NCBI RefSeq assembly: GCF_009914755.1
Contig: NC_060935.1
DNA from: the human T2T-CHM13v2.0 reference genome, Homo sapiens
Reading direction: 5' to 3' (one strand)
DNA: 64,000 nucleotides
Below the pieces are notes generated by a model that had not been told where the DNA came from, searched no databases, and saw only the letters and a program-made list of their open reading frames with translations. This document shows positions 45,301 through 58,999 of the stretch, one piece after another. Numbering within the stretch: the first letter of the stretch is position 1; the number at the start of each line of letters is the position of its first letter. A program made the translations under genes and the position numbers.

Positions 45301-46519
45301 CAGTTTGGTTAGTCTCGGGCTCTCGAGTCTGCCAGGAGTCTAACAACGCAGTTCTCCTCTTCGGCGGTCTTAGGTTTCCTCTTCAATGGCACAGATTTTT
45401 GCCCATCTGTCCTTCTTTTTCTCCCTACCTTTAGTTCCTGTGATTCAGGTGCCTACAGCAGGGAGACCTGCCACGGCGCGCAGGTGATGTCTTGAGACAT
45501 GGGGCTGGGGTCCAACAGAGTAAAGGCCAGGAATTTCTTTCTCCTGGTGATGAATAATTACTGGCCGCATTGATTGATAGCATATTCCATTCTAGACGCA
45601 GGACACACCTATGAAGTATGGTCTCTCTGATTAAATTTTATCAACGCATTGTGGTTAAGGAATGTGTCCAAGGTATAGACTGAGCAAAACCAAACAGGGA
45701 CGGGGTCAGACCATGTCTTAACCATGCAGGCAGGTTGTGGGAACGAGCTTGAGAAGTACATTTCTGAGTGCCTTAGACCAGATTGCCTGGGAGGGGAATG
45801 AAATGAGGATGATGAGGCTGGAAGGTCAGGCTGAGATCACCTGGGCTCCTGATCCCACCATTCTAGACCTGATTTCCACGTGGCCCCAGGTATCCCTGAG
45901 ATAGCTCACATGACTAGAATGTAGGAACGTGGTCCTGCCTCTCTTGGGAGGCAGTCTTGGCCTAGTCCCAAGGGCTCATTTGGAGAACAAGACAGATTTA
46001 TACTTCACTGAGCACCACTAAGTAGCATTAGGCCCTTTCAGCATCTAACTTGAAGTGGTCACAGTGAGAAGTCTATATCCTGTTCTTTTCTCTGCTCAGG
46101 TGTTCTTGGGATTCTCTGGGTCCTCTGGCTCACAGCCTTACGCACCTGCTCTTCCCTTCACAGCCTAGGAGACCTGGTCTTCTCTGGGTCAGATGCCCAT
46201 ATCATACAGTAGGAATAGGGGCTGTTCGATTTCAGAATGATTCCATCAAATCCAAGACAACAAGTTAGCTTAATTTAGGTATACTCCAACATTGTCAAAG
46301 CCTATTCAATAGAAAATATGTAACTTGTTTGTGCAAGTCTTTCATAATTATTTTCATGCCATGTTTCCGTTTCAATCTTAATAATTTCTTGCTTCTGTGA
46401 TAAGCTAAATCCTTCAAATCTTGGACCCCATAAGGTGTCAGAGACCAGGGCCAGGGCCCTGCTTTCCAAGGCCTAACAGGATCTGACTGTTGATTTCTAT
46501 TCTGGTTATCTATTGGTGT

Positions 46520-47092
46520 CATCTAAAAATAAGCATTTATTATACTAATGAATTTGTGCATTGTGAATTCAGAAAGGGAACAGTGGGGAAATCTTGTCTG
46601 CACAACAGTGACTGGGTCATGAGCTGGGATGGATTGAATTACTGGATGTGACCGTGACAGCTACGCTGTACCGTGTACCTGTCAGCTGAATTTCTTGGTT
46701 CTAACTCGTGTGACATGTACTGCAGCTGGGATGTCCAATATAACTTTTTTACTCACATGTCTGAGATGGTTCAAACATCAGAGCATGACTGAGCAGAGGC
46801 TTCTCTTTGTGAGTCTTTTCCATATAGCTAACTGGGGCTTCATCACAGCAAAACTGTCTCAGTGCAGTCAGATATCCCCCTAAACAACTTAACTAAGAGA
46901 TGCTGGTAGAAGCTACAAGGCCTCTTAGGAGCTTGTCTCAGAATTCAATCAGTTTCACTTCCAACACATTCTTTTAACCAAAAGTGAATCCAAGACTCAT
47001 CTCAGATTGAAAATAAGGGGATCATACAAAGTATTGATTCCTCACTAGCATGCTACATTGGGGGCGGGCATCTTTTGAGATCAGCTACAACA
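46520..47092. mobile_element. Old MaLR (MLT1-type) LTR
   Basis: GGTAGAAGCTACAAGGCCTCTTAGGAGCTTGTCTCAGAA...TCACTTCCAACACATTCT resembles the MLT1 core; highly diverged. Confidence 0.55.
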
Positions 47093-47139
47093 AATACTGA
47101 TGAGGTGAATTAAATTACTCTAAAAATTCTCATATTATT

Positions 47140-47720
47140 CAGCTTCTAGCCAAGATATGATGAAAGGGACTGAATTTGCTTTCCTAACTGACCTAAAACA
47201 AAACAAACCAAAAGTGGAATAAAATATAGTAAACAATGAGTTTCAAGACAGTAGACATCAGGCAAGTAAGGACAGTTATCCCTGAAATATGTGAAACAAA
47301 TGAGGCAGGCCCTACAACTACCCCAGTTTTCTGTCTTCAAAGAGTTTCCAGGCTGCAGTGCAGGGAAGCAAGACCAAATGGAACTCAGTGGAGTCCCTAA
47401 GTGGAGGAGATGTAATTGGAGTACAGAAAGACCAAACCCGCTAAAGCTCGCAAGAAAGAATACTGGAGAAAAGAAAGCTGCACACAGAGAGAAGCCTGAA
47501 AACCTACAGAGGATCTTCCTCAAGTAATGAATGAATGTGTGCAGATGAGGACACTAACCAAGGTGGAGGAAGGGAGGAGGGCACCTAAAAGAATTAGTGA
47601 GAACAGTATCCAATCAACACACAGGGCCTGAAATAGTATCTGTTTCCACCGTCGAGAAAGGAAAGCATTATAATTCATAAGGCATTGGGGAAAATTCTCA
47701 AATGGTCTTTCTTAGTAGTG
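47140..47720 (+). mobile_element. Old L1M 5' end fragment
   Basis: GCTTCTAGCCAAGATATG start and TTTCAAGACAGTAGACATCAGGCA are typical of L1MC/ME 5' ends. Confidence 0.5.
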
Positions 47721-48419
47721 AACAGCAGTAAAAAATAATAAAGTCAACTTACACATAGCAACATGTATAAATTTGAAGATATAGCATTGATAGAAAAAGA
47801 ATAACAGATTTACAACCCAGTGACAGTTATATAAATTCAATTTTAAAAGAATTTTTTCATAAATTAAGTATATCCCTGTATAAGCATACTGAAAATTAAT
47901 TAGAAAGATATATTTTAAATCCACTGGAGTTTTCACTTTCCTAAAGGGAAGGGAAATAGGAGGAATGTTGGAAAATACAGGAAAAGAAATAAAGCAAAAG
48001 TCTTGAAGAAACTTATGATGCTTGTTTCCATTAGTTGATAAGTGTGAATAATTCATATAAGGTTCAAAATGAAAATAAAACCTAAAGGAAAAACATAGTT
48101 GCTAACTAATATTGGGTTATTTATAAATTCCATTTTTAAACCTCTCACCACAAAAAAAATTATTATAGGTCTTTTTTCTCTGAATATCACATTGCATTTT
48201 CTCAGTAAGATTTTGTTCAGTTTTCTCTTGCATTTTTATCATAATACCTTCATAAAAGTCATGATAGATTAACACCAATCCATTCAATAGCATGGTTTGG
48301 GCAGTGCCTATCAAACAAAACAAGCAGGAAGCCCACAAAAATTTCCATTCACTTATTGGATCCACAGAAGCTGCTCAGTGTGCATAGGCAGATGAATATG
48401 AACACAGATGGATGTGAAC

Positions 48420-48876
48420 ATAAGATCCCTGTACCCAGGAGACGTACTTACTGCCTACAGGACAAGCAGTCAGTGTAGCACTGGATTACCGGGGGTTTTT
48501 TGTCACAGAAAGAAAGAGAATAATTTTCTTCTCCCATCTAACTGCCTGTTTTTCCCAGGAGGACCTTTTGGTCCTACGGGAAGAGGGATTAAGAAGTTCC
48601 CAGAGGTCAGAGTTTCTGAGGCACTACAATTATAACTGCCCCAGATACTTCTGAAACTAACAAGAGCTCCAATATTAATGGAGCCAAACCCCATGCTTCA
48701 CATTTTCTGTGAGTCTGGCTAGAGGATGTTAATGGTGGCTATACAAAGATTAGCCAGAAGACTAGAGAGATCTCTGTCTTCAGTCCCTATCTGTGCTCTT
48801 TTCCATTCCTGCGTCAATACTGCTGAAGTAGTCTGAGAAGGAAATAAATAAAGACTGCACCCTGTCTCAGGTAAAG
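48420..48876 (+). promoter_or_regulatory. Candidate OR56A3 promoter and first non-coding exon
   Basis: O/E(EBF)-like CCCAGGAG motifs (about 48435, 48554), TAAT homeodomain cores, donor CAG|GTAAAG at 48870; a second donor AAG|GTAAGA at 49982; acceptor TTTTCCAG at 53806. Confidence 0.4.
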
Positions 48877-50101
48877 AGGCTTATGTGCTCTGGGACCTTC
48901 TCTCTTTTGCCATCCTCTGGGTGCTTGGTGGTAGCAGAAATGCAGGAAAGTTGCAATTTGTCTATAGAAGATTAACAGGCAGTATGAGAGCTAAAAAGTG
49001 CATAATTTGGAGCCAAGTTAAGAAAATTTGGAGTTTTTAACTCTGAATATGGAAATTTAGTGGCTTGAAAACAAAGAATATGCCTACCAGTGTCTGAATT
49101 ATAAAGTTAGAATTACATTAGTTTCTATAACTTCAGAGGTTGAAGACAAAGACCACAGTTCAGGACCAGTGGAAGTCAGGAAGTAGTTCAAAATATTTCT
49201 GATCAAAATTGCTAAAATCTACTTCTGACAAGAACAGAAAACTACGCCCAGAAGAGCAGCTAGCTACCTGTCACTGGATGCACTGAATAATATCTGAAAC
49301 TACACCTGAGAGAGGTATCTTACAGGCCTGCCTGAATTTTACCAAGATAGAACCCTAGCAACTCTTTTACTTTTTAAAACAGGGTTTCTTTGGCACTATT
49401 CTGTGGGCCTATCTTGCAACCTGGGAAAGCCTAGGCTGATGGTCTCTCCTTTAGTCTTTGAGCTTCAACTTCTTTGGCTTTCTCATCTTGTTCCTGGCTG
49501 GAACTGGAAACCATTAGCTCCAGTTCCTAAGCCCTAGTGTGCCATTGGCAAGTTTTGATTACAAACCAAGATTGAATAATGAAAGGAGAAAAGGAGCAAA
49601 TGTGTTTCCAGATGCTTTACTTCTAGGGATGAGTACTTTATTGATGCTTGTTGAATGATTGAAAAACATGCAGAAACATTAGAGAAAATAGAAGGAAAAA
49701 GGAAAAGTCAGTGAGTTAGAAAAATAAAATAATCCTCCCATGTAATCCTCAGAAATTTCATCTTAGTGCTAAAAATAATTATCCCAAAGCTCTTCAAGAG
49801 ACAGAAAATATACTTTTTCCTCTAGGCTTCTCTATGGATACTCATGCCTAAGTCACTAGATCTTCCATTTGGCTCTACCCTGCAAAGGTCATTTCAAGAT
49901 TTTCTCTACTTCCAAGCACAAAACATTTAATTCCTTCTAGGAGTCCTTTGTGACCCCTGGAGAAGAAAAGCTACTTGGAAAGGTAAGATTTGGGGCTGTG
50001 ATTTTCTTTAAAAAAAAAAAAAAAAAAAACCACCTTATTTGCTTCAGGTTTTTTAAAATAAAATAAAACATTTCTGAAGTTTAAGTCCCCTTCATACACT
50101 G

Positions 50102-50272
50102 CAAAAGGCTCCTAGAACAGATAAAGGACTCCAGGATACAAAATCAATGTACAAAACTTAGTAGCATTTCTGTACGCCAATAAAGTTCAAGCTAAGAGCT
50201 GAATCAAGAATGCAATCCTAGTTACAAGTGCCACAAAAAGAATAAAATACCTGAGAATACAACTAACCAAGA
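50102..50272 (+). mobile_element. Short internal L1 ORF2 fragment
   Basis: CAGGATACAAAATCAATGTACAAAA...AGAATAAAATACCTGAGAATACAACTAACCAAG. Confidence 0.8.
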
Positions 50273-51777
50273 GGCTGTGATTTTTAACTGTAAAAATTTT
50301 GCAGAAAGTAGGATCAGAGGATGCAATGAGCAAAGGAATAAATGACAAGAAAGTAATGCAGAAGATAGTGTTTAAAGGGAATATGTGGAATTTAACAGCC
50401 TATAGTTGTACTTGCTGTGGGTGCAAAGTTAATTGGGGTTGGGTCAATTATGCCAAGTTCTAGGCTTAGAAGGTCTTACTGGTTTTTGTTCCACACTTAC
50501 AAGTTAATGTATTCAAAGACAGAGAAGGAAAAGAAGTGAATGAACATAGTGCCCAGGGCATGAAGAAGGGTCGTTAGTCACCAACTCGAGGCTGGAAGTT
50601 TTGTTCTAGGGGTTATTATCTTGAGGACCTCCTGTAACTCCAGTATGTCTTACTCTCAGTGAGCCACTCTATCAAGGAAAATGGCAAAAATATTAGAAAA
50701 GAGAAAGTAAGATTGGAGGGTGGCAGGTATGAAGTGCATAGAGAATGATTTTATAATCTTTATTTAACCTTGAAGGGGTTGTTCCTTAAGAGTCAAAACC
50801 AGGAATACAATAAAAGACACAATACAAAAGGGGAATAAGGAGGGAATTGGAGCCTATGAGCTGTGGGAAGCAGGAGTCGGAGTTGCAAGAGGAAGGAAGA
50901 GGGAGAATCTCCAGACTGCTGAAAAACAGCCCTTAGAATTGTATGTGTATGGAGAGTGTGGGTGGAAAAGAAAAACCTACAAAATATATAAAACAAAATC
51001 CCAAATAACATAAACATGTATGCATCACTATGGTGACACAGGGCACAGGCGTATTCCTATTTTCACTGGCTTGGACCTGAATGAATTATTTAGACCTTTA
51101 TTTTCTCCACAGCTGAACCCTGAGAAACTGTAGGAAGACATGTAAAACCACTAAAATATGATTTGCCTATGTGAAAGATAACTGCTAAAATAATCAACTT
51201 ACCCTACCTACTTCAAAGTATTATGAATCACAAATGAAACGGTATGTTTAAAATTCATTTTGAACTTATCAGGTCATTACTAATATACCCTATTATTTAC
51301 AGGAGAAAAGAATTGGGAGAATATCTAAATCTCTTCTATATATGAGGTGAAGGGCCATGCCTGGCAGACTACATGGGGAATCAGAGGATCAAGAGGAGTG
51401 AAGAGAGGATCCCTGGAGGAATGCCCGTCCTCCCTCCACTGACAGCAGCCACAGTTACTAACAGGGTCTTTCTGATGAGGAGAATCTGACAGGACCCAGT
51501 TGAGCAAGGACTGGAACTGCTTTTGGGGAATAGGAAAGACAACTGAAAACAAAAAGCCTACCTGAACCTCTTCCAAAAAGTATGTTTCCATCAGTAGGAA
51601 AATATCATACAGTTTGGAGTTCACAGTTTAATTATAACTTCCTTCCTTGTCACCCTGTCCCTACCCCAAAACTTTTTTCCTAGACAGATTCAATTCTTAA
51701 AACTATCAATTGTGTTTTGGGTAAAGTTTGTTTTCTTTTTTATAGGATCAGTGGGGCAAATACGTATAATAGAGTTA

Positions 51778-52152
<375 letters not shown>

Positions 52153-52417
52153 TTAGGTAAGATTAGGATTAGAATAATAACATATGGGCAGTTAAGAACC
52201 TGGATTTTGAAATATCACTTCCCTTGTTTGTAAGTGGTGATAATGAAACATATTTCACAGAATGTTGAATAACTAAATGGGATGAAGTGCTAAAACAGAG
52301 CACAGTTCCCAGCAAGTAGAAAGAATTACAAAAATAACCATATAATTTTGTTATATTAGTGAGCCAAAGTGTGAGAAACAGGGCATTTCTTAAACATTTG
52401 ATGAAAAGGAATTTCAC

Positions 52418-52451
52418 ACACTTGATCTTAGCCAAAAGGCTGAGAAGCGAT
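52418..52451 (-). pseudogene. 3'-truncated (tailless) U2 snRNA retrocopy, nt 1-34
   Basis: Minus strand ATCGCTTCTCAGCCTTTTGGCTAAGATCAAGTGT equals the U2 5' end with one mismatch; flanked by direct repeat AAAGGAATTT (52405-52414, 52454-52463). Confidence 0.9.
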
Positions 52452-53842
52452 AGAAAGGAATTTTTAAACCTACAAAATAACATCTGAACAGAAACCTCTG
52501 TCCCAGTAGACAGAAATATGCACAATAAAACTGCATGATTTGGAGGGCCCCCTGAAGACCTGACCTACACCCTTGCCAAGCTACAGTGTTCTTTCTATGG
52601 GCTGTCTTTCACAATGCAGGGGAGGGGAATCTTAGAATCCTTTACCTTTAATGTAAATGTGGGTACCACATCACCCTATTTATAATGATATTTTTCCAGC
52701 CTATCCCCTATGTCACACTCAACTCTCCTCTGCAGTCTCCTAATAATTTGTGCATATCTCTGACATTGCTCATATCATTCATTCTCGTTACACCCATCAT
52801 CTCCCAGAGTAGTTATAGGTTTGTTTTAGTGAAAATAAGGACAGTTTCTTATTAAATTTTGTGATGCTGGTACCTAACAGAATGCCAGGGAAGAGGGTTA
52901 AATGATAAGGGAATAATGGCAACACTGAACTACTGTCAGGAGAGAGGGAAATGTGTGGCTATATCATTACAGTCAAGATGGAAAAGGAAACTGGAAGGAG
53001 ACGGAAGGACTTTAAAGGTGAACTTCGTCACCCTCACACAATTACAATAAGAAGAACCAATTTTTCATCATGTCTAATGACAAGCATTTCTCCCTGTTAG
53101 CTATGTGGAAGTGCCCACTCTCCTTTTAAAGCTGTTTCTCCCAAAAGTTAGGAAGCCTAAAAATATGAACATCTAAAAAATAGAGAGATATTAAGGCAAT
53201 TATTTGGTGGAATCTATGCCTACTAAATAAAAATGAACTTTTAGACAAAATACAAGTTAACTAAATTTATTTTAGATGTATGATTTAAAAAATCTCTAAG
53301 CAAAATAAGTGCAGCAGAAAGGTTAGAATAAGGATGTCATGGGGACATGGGGACTAGGGACATTTATCTGAGTCCCTTCCTTGTGCCAGGCTCTGCTATT
53401 TATTTGAGCTTATTGCAATAGTCAACTTGTAGATATGGTAGGCTATGTGTACATTAAAAAGAAAATTGTGAAGAAGAAACCTATGGGTAGAAATTTAGAG
53501 TCTCACCTGTCACACTAAAGTTGTTTCCTAAGTGTTTTCTCCTTTTTAGTTTCTCTAAAAAAAACAATTCTATTGAAAATGGACATTGAATAAAGTAAAC
53601 ATGTATAGAGGAATCATGTCACCTCAGACAGCTGTACTGTTTAAAGTGATAGGAATACCCCAGTGACATGACACTGAGGAAAAACAGATGAATTCGCTTG
53701 GCTCTACATAACCTGCTAGAAACCACAAGTTGTACCTATGACAAACAAATTGTGCTATCTTTGTGTATCAAGAATCCACAGCTAGTTTGTAATCATAATT
53801 TTCCAGATCACTGAAAGAAAGCAGTAAAATATATGGGAAAAT

Positions 53843-54790
53843 ATGACAACACACCGAAATGACACCCTCTCCACTGAAGCTTCAGACTTCCTCTTGAATT
53901 GTTTTGTCAGATCCCCCAGCTGGCAGCACTGGCTGTCCCTGCCCCTCAGCCTCCTTTTCCTCTTGGCCGTAGGGGCCAACACCACCCTCCTGACGACCAT
54001 CTGGCTGGAGGCCTCTCTGCACCAGCCCCTGTACTACCTGCTCAGCCTCCTCTCCCTGCTGGACATCGTGCTCTGCCTCACTGTCATCCCCAAGGTCCTG
54101 ACCATCTTCTGGTTTGACCTCAGGCCCATCAGCTTCCCTGCCTGCTTCCTCCAGATGTACATCATGAATTGTTTCCTAGCCATGGAGTCTTGCACATTCA
54201 TGGTCATGGCCTATGATCGTTATGTAGCCATCTGCCACCCACTGAGATATCCATCAATCATCACTGATCACTTTGTAGTCAAGGCTGCCATGTTTATTTT
54301 GACCAGAAATGTGCTTATGACTCTGCCCATCCCCATCCTTTCAGCACAACTCCGTTATTGTGGAAGAAATGTCATTGAGAACTGCATCTGTGCCAATATG
54401 TCTGTTTCCAGACTCTCCTGCGATGATGTCACCATCAATCACCTTTACCAATTTGCTGGAGGCTGGACTCTGCTAGGATCTGACCTCATCCTTATCTTCC
54501 TCTCCTACACCTTCATTCTGCGAGCTGTGCTGAGACTCAAGGCAGAGGGTGCCGTGGCAAAGGCCCTAAGCACATGTGGCTCCCACTTCATGCTCATCCT
54601 CTTCTTCAGCACCATCCTTCTGGTTTTTGTCCTCACACATGTGGCTAAGAAGAAAGTCTCCCCTGATGTGCCAGTCTTGCTCAATGTTCTCCACCATGTC
54701 ATTCCTGCAGCCCTTAACCCCATCATTTACGGGGTGAGAACCCAAGAAATTAAGCAGGGAATGCAGAGGTTGTTGAAGAAAGGGTGCTAA
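53843..54790 (+). CDS. OR56A3: Class I olfactory receptor, family 56A (315 aa)
   Basis: Intact 7TM ORF with [33 protein letters not shown] and PAALNPIIYGVRT; N-glycosylation NDT; MTTHRNDTLSTEASDFLLNCF matches OR56A3 as remembered. Confidence 0.93.
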   Translation: MTTHRNDTLSTEASDFLLNCFVRSPSWQHWLSLPLSLLFLLAVGANTTLLTTIWLEASLHQPLYYLLSLLSLLDIVLCLTVIPKVLTIFWFDLRPISFPACFLQMYIMNCFLAMESCTFMVMAYDRYVAICHPLRYPSIITDHFVVKAAMFILTRNVLMTLPIPILSAQLRYCGRNVIENCICANMSVSRLSCDDVTINHLYQFAGGWTLLGSDLILIFLSYTFILRAVLRLKAEGAVAKALSTCGSHFMLILFFSTILLVFVLTHVAKKKVSPDVPVLLNVLHHVIPAALNPIIYGVRTQEIKQGMQRLLKKGC

Positions 54791-57050
54791 CAAGGACCAC
54801 TGGATCTCTGAATATCTAAAATAAGATAATTTATTAATCACTTAATGAGTGAGTGGGCTGAAATTCATATCTGTGACTTATAACCTCAAACTGGGTACAC
54901 TAGATATTGTGTGTGCTTTTCAAAAACATCGGTTTTAATTTAAGTCTATCTTCCTTTTCACCCTTTTCTCAGAAATATTCTTGGCCCTCTCTCGTTTTAT
55001 TCCATGCTTATAATCATATTTTGTCCAAAACACTGACATTCCTTAAAGCAGATTTTAAAGTGAAAAATGTATGTTTCTGAACACACAACTCAATATGTCA
55101 TGAATTTTGTATCATTAAAAATACAACTGCGGTTATTTTGTTGTGTCTGTTATGTGTAATGTCCTTTTATTCTTATTTTCAGAAAAGGGAATACATTGGA
55201 GAAAAAAACACAGTAGTTGAAATTTCAGTCCTCAGTGGTGGAAAGTTGCTACTGGTCTGTAAGTAGGTCTTTTTCTCTCACCCTTCAACCACATCATTGC
55301 CTTTCTCTAGTTCTCTTTCTCCCCTCACCTCCTCTCTCTCCCTCTCCTTCTCTTTCTCTGGAAGACAAGTAAATTTTTGTAATGTGCATTGCAAGAGGGC
55401 AAGGGTTTTGCCTTGATTCCTCATGAGTAACAATTATCAATGAGTTTTACTGGATATATGAGATTCTTGAATCCTCCTCCCCAATGTGTCTGTGCTTAGA
55501 ACATTTATCTTTCAGATCCAATATATCACAGGTTTTGATATGCAAACAAATCTTTATTAATGAGTCAAAAGATTGCTGGTATTAGAGCATACAATCTAGC
55601 AATAATATTGACACCTAAAATACTTTTCCTGAACATTATTTTCTCATTAATTGGACAGCTTCTAAGCACACATGGTGTCCTGTGAATTATGTTAGCTATT
55701 AAGAAACAAAAATAAAAAGAATATTGTTGTTGATTTGAGGACCTCAAAGTTTGGGTAGGAAAAATACAAATATGCACTCCAGAACACATTCTTCTAAACT
55801 GTAGAGCAGTGAGGAATGGGATAAAAGATATGTATGGGCAGTAAGATACTTGGTCCTGTAAGGAAACATTAGATAAAGAGAAGGTCTGGGCAGTAGGCCT
55901 TGCACAGCCACACACCCACATGCACACACATACATACCCACAGCATAAAAGTTGTGTCCCGCCTGGGAAGAAATCAAATAAGAGAATTCACTGTGTTTCC
56001 CATTATTCATCCAATACCTGATAATAGTGAGCGATTTGTTTTAGAATATTCTTCTAAATACAAGATTCTGTGCTTCAGTAACAACTTACAAGTATGTGTT
56101 ACTTTGTTTTGACCATACAAGGAAAATTTCTCAAGTATCAAATACCAAGACTGTCCCAAATGTCCGAATGTTTTAAATTTAACTGAAAGCATCTGAGATT
56201 AAGCCCTGTCCTACTCAAGCAGAATTCCGCAGAGCTCTCTCCGTTCATTTCTCTTCTCCATCTTGCAAAAAAAATGATAAATTAGTATTTAATTCCTGGA
56301 TATCCTGGAATTGAAACCTACTGATTGAAAAATAAGCATGTACCACATATAAGAAGCAATAGTTAAAAGCATATAATCAATAATTTAATTAGAAATTTCT
56401 CAAAAGTGAAAAGCCATCTGTTAAGATCCGAGTAGATACACCTTTTTCTTTATTACTCAAAGAAGAAGGACTCTCTAAAATCTCATTCTCTCATACATTT
56501 CAACATAAGAAAAATGGCTTGACTTGAAATGTGAATAACCGTATACCATGGAAGAATCTTACAATTATAAAGATATAACATGCTTGTAAGGTAAATTTAA
56601 GCCACCACCTCTTAGGAAATATTAAAAATCTGAAAGTTTTAACAATATGCTATATTAACATATACTTATCAAAACACCAAAACTTTGAGGACTAGTTATT
56701 TTCAAGATCACATCGTTTGTATGACAAATCCAGATGTCTACAGTAAGCTGTTAGAAGATAACCTTGGGTGCCAGGAAAAGGACATATTGAGGGATTTAGA
56801 GTACATACCTCCCTGAGATTAAGAAAATTTTCCATAAGTCTTGTCTTCCCAAAGAACATGGTAAAAAGTTCATATTTTAAAAGTATTTGCCTGAAAAATC
56901 TGTTTTGCTTCACTTATATGTAATTTTTAGACATTTATAAACAATGTCAAAACAATATCGGCATATATTTATTTGAAAAACAAGGTGAACAAGTTAACTA
57001 TGGTTTTATCTCACCAAAATAGGTAATATTAGTGAGGATTTCCTCTAGAA

Positions 57051-57359
57051 CTGTGCTGTGCAATATGAACCACATACTTAATTTTAAACTTTTTAGTACA
57101 CATGTTGAAAAAGTAGAAACAGACAAAATTAGTTCTAATAAGATATTTTATTTAGTCCAACATATCCAAAATATTATCATTTCAACACATAACAAATACA
57201 AGATAATCATTAATGTGATATTGCACATTCCTTTTCTGTACTAAGTCTTTGAAACACCCTGAGTATTTTACACTTAACATACATTTTAATTCAGACTACC
57301 CAGATTCCAAGCATTCAATAGCCACGTGAGGCTAGTGACTATGGTATTAATCAGTACTA
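57051..57359. mobile_element. MER33-like hAT-Charlie DNA transposon
   Basis: CTGTGCTGTGCAATATG start, AATAGCCACGTGAGGCTAGTGACTA near the end, CTCTAGA on both flanks. Confidence 0.75.
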
Positions 57360-58999
57360 CTCTAGAAATTTTGCTTTGAAAGTCAGATATGGATAGAAAA
57401 TAAAGTTAATTAGAAAATATGTATTCTTCTTGAAATACATCTTATAATACAGTTATATTTATATTATTTTGTTTTGGCTATAATTTTTCTTTTTTATATG
57501 TTTTGCCAAGGAAGTCAGGGTTTTAGAGGAGAGTAAAGTTTTTTTTGTTAATGCTGCAATAACATGAGTGCTAAATCTTGGAAACCAAGGTGAGAAGATT
57601 TATTTTTAAAAGAAGTTTTAGTTACTGGGTTTTTAAGACATATGGTCCTGAAATCCCACAGTGACAGACTTGAAGAAGAGTTAAACTTAAGATCCTAAGG
57701 AAGAATGTAAATGGGTATTTACTCATAACAAGTAAGGAATATTAGCATTAGAGTAATCGACAGACATTAATACGTTAAAGGTTTATCAGAAGGTAAATGA
57801 TAAACATTATTTGTAATTCATTAAATTTTTCTTTACATCATTTACACACACATAGATCTGAGTATTTGAAACTATTTAACTATTTTTTGCTGTGTTCTTT
57901 TAATAAAATGTATTTTATATGAAAAGTTTAATAGTGAGATTGTTATAGTATATTATAAATATATATAAATAAAACATGAGTGAGAAAGCTGTCTCTTCAA
58001 ACCAAATAGGTGTTATTCATAAAATGTTGAAACTCAGATTGTGCTGGTGAGACCTTGCATTTTCCCACACATTACTCATAATTAAGTTTTTTCTCCTGTA
58101 TCCAGAAAAAGCAAGCAGATATTTGAGAGGGCAGGCCCAGCTGATGCTAGTCACTGGGTCAAAAAGCAAAGCAAAACACAGACAGAGGATGGCAGTGGCC
58201 CTTCAGCTCAACATTTAACACCATATGTATTTATCAAAAATACGCATTCACACTTAATGTAGGAAACTCCTTATTATGGTGCTGGGGTTGTAGTAAATAG
58301 GTAAGATATGCAAGGTCTCTTTATATATTCTGGTGGGAAATAAATACATAATAAATAGGTAATCAAAAAGTAAGGTAATTTTAGAAAATGTTATGAAGAA
58401 AATAGTACAGGATTGTGCATTAAGGAATGATTTGGGATGAAGGACGGAAAGTAATTTAGATGATGTGATTAGCATAAATCTCTTGATTTGATTAATTTGA
58501 AATAAGATAATGAAAAAAGAAAATAAGCCACTATTTGAGAATATAGATATGTTCCAAGTGGAACTTATATAATACATCAACTGCAAACATAATGCATAAA
58601 ATAACACATAATTACATTAAAACATATATAGTAACTGTGAAGCCTCTGAACCTAGAATAAACAGAAACAGTAAAAAATGTCAACAATTTGAAAGTACACA
58701 GCCATGGAGAATCTAAGGCAGAGGTGCAAGGCGGTTGCCACTTGGCAGAAAGGTAGACCCAAATCTAGAATAGTGGAAGGTGTAGGAAGAATATTATAAC
58801 AGGAACTCACTTTTGAGCCAAAGCAGGAACAGAATCCTATAAGCTGAAAACATACAGAAGAGATTGAGGCTGAAAAACAGAAAGCCCTTCATCAGAAAGA
58901 AGGACAATCCAGAGAAAATATATCACAAATTATTCTAGTAGAAATTATGATTCAATACTAAGACATTCACTTTCCAAAATATCAATCAAATAATTACAT

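Noticed and set aside
55000-58200. Short ORFs in AT-rich DNA downstream of OR56A3
   Set aside because: No homology motifs, mostly non-ATG starts, and lengths within chance expectation.
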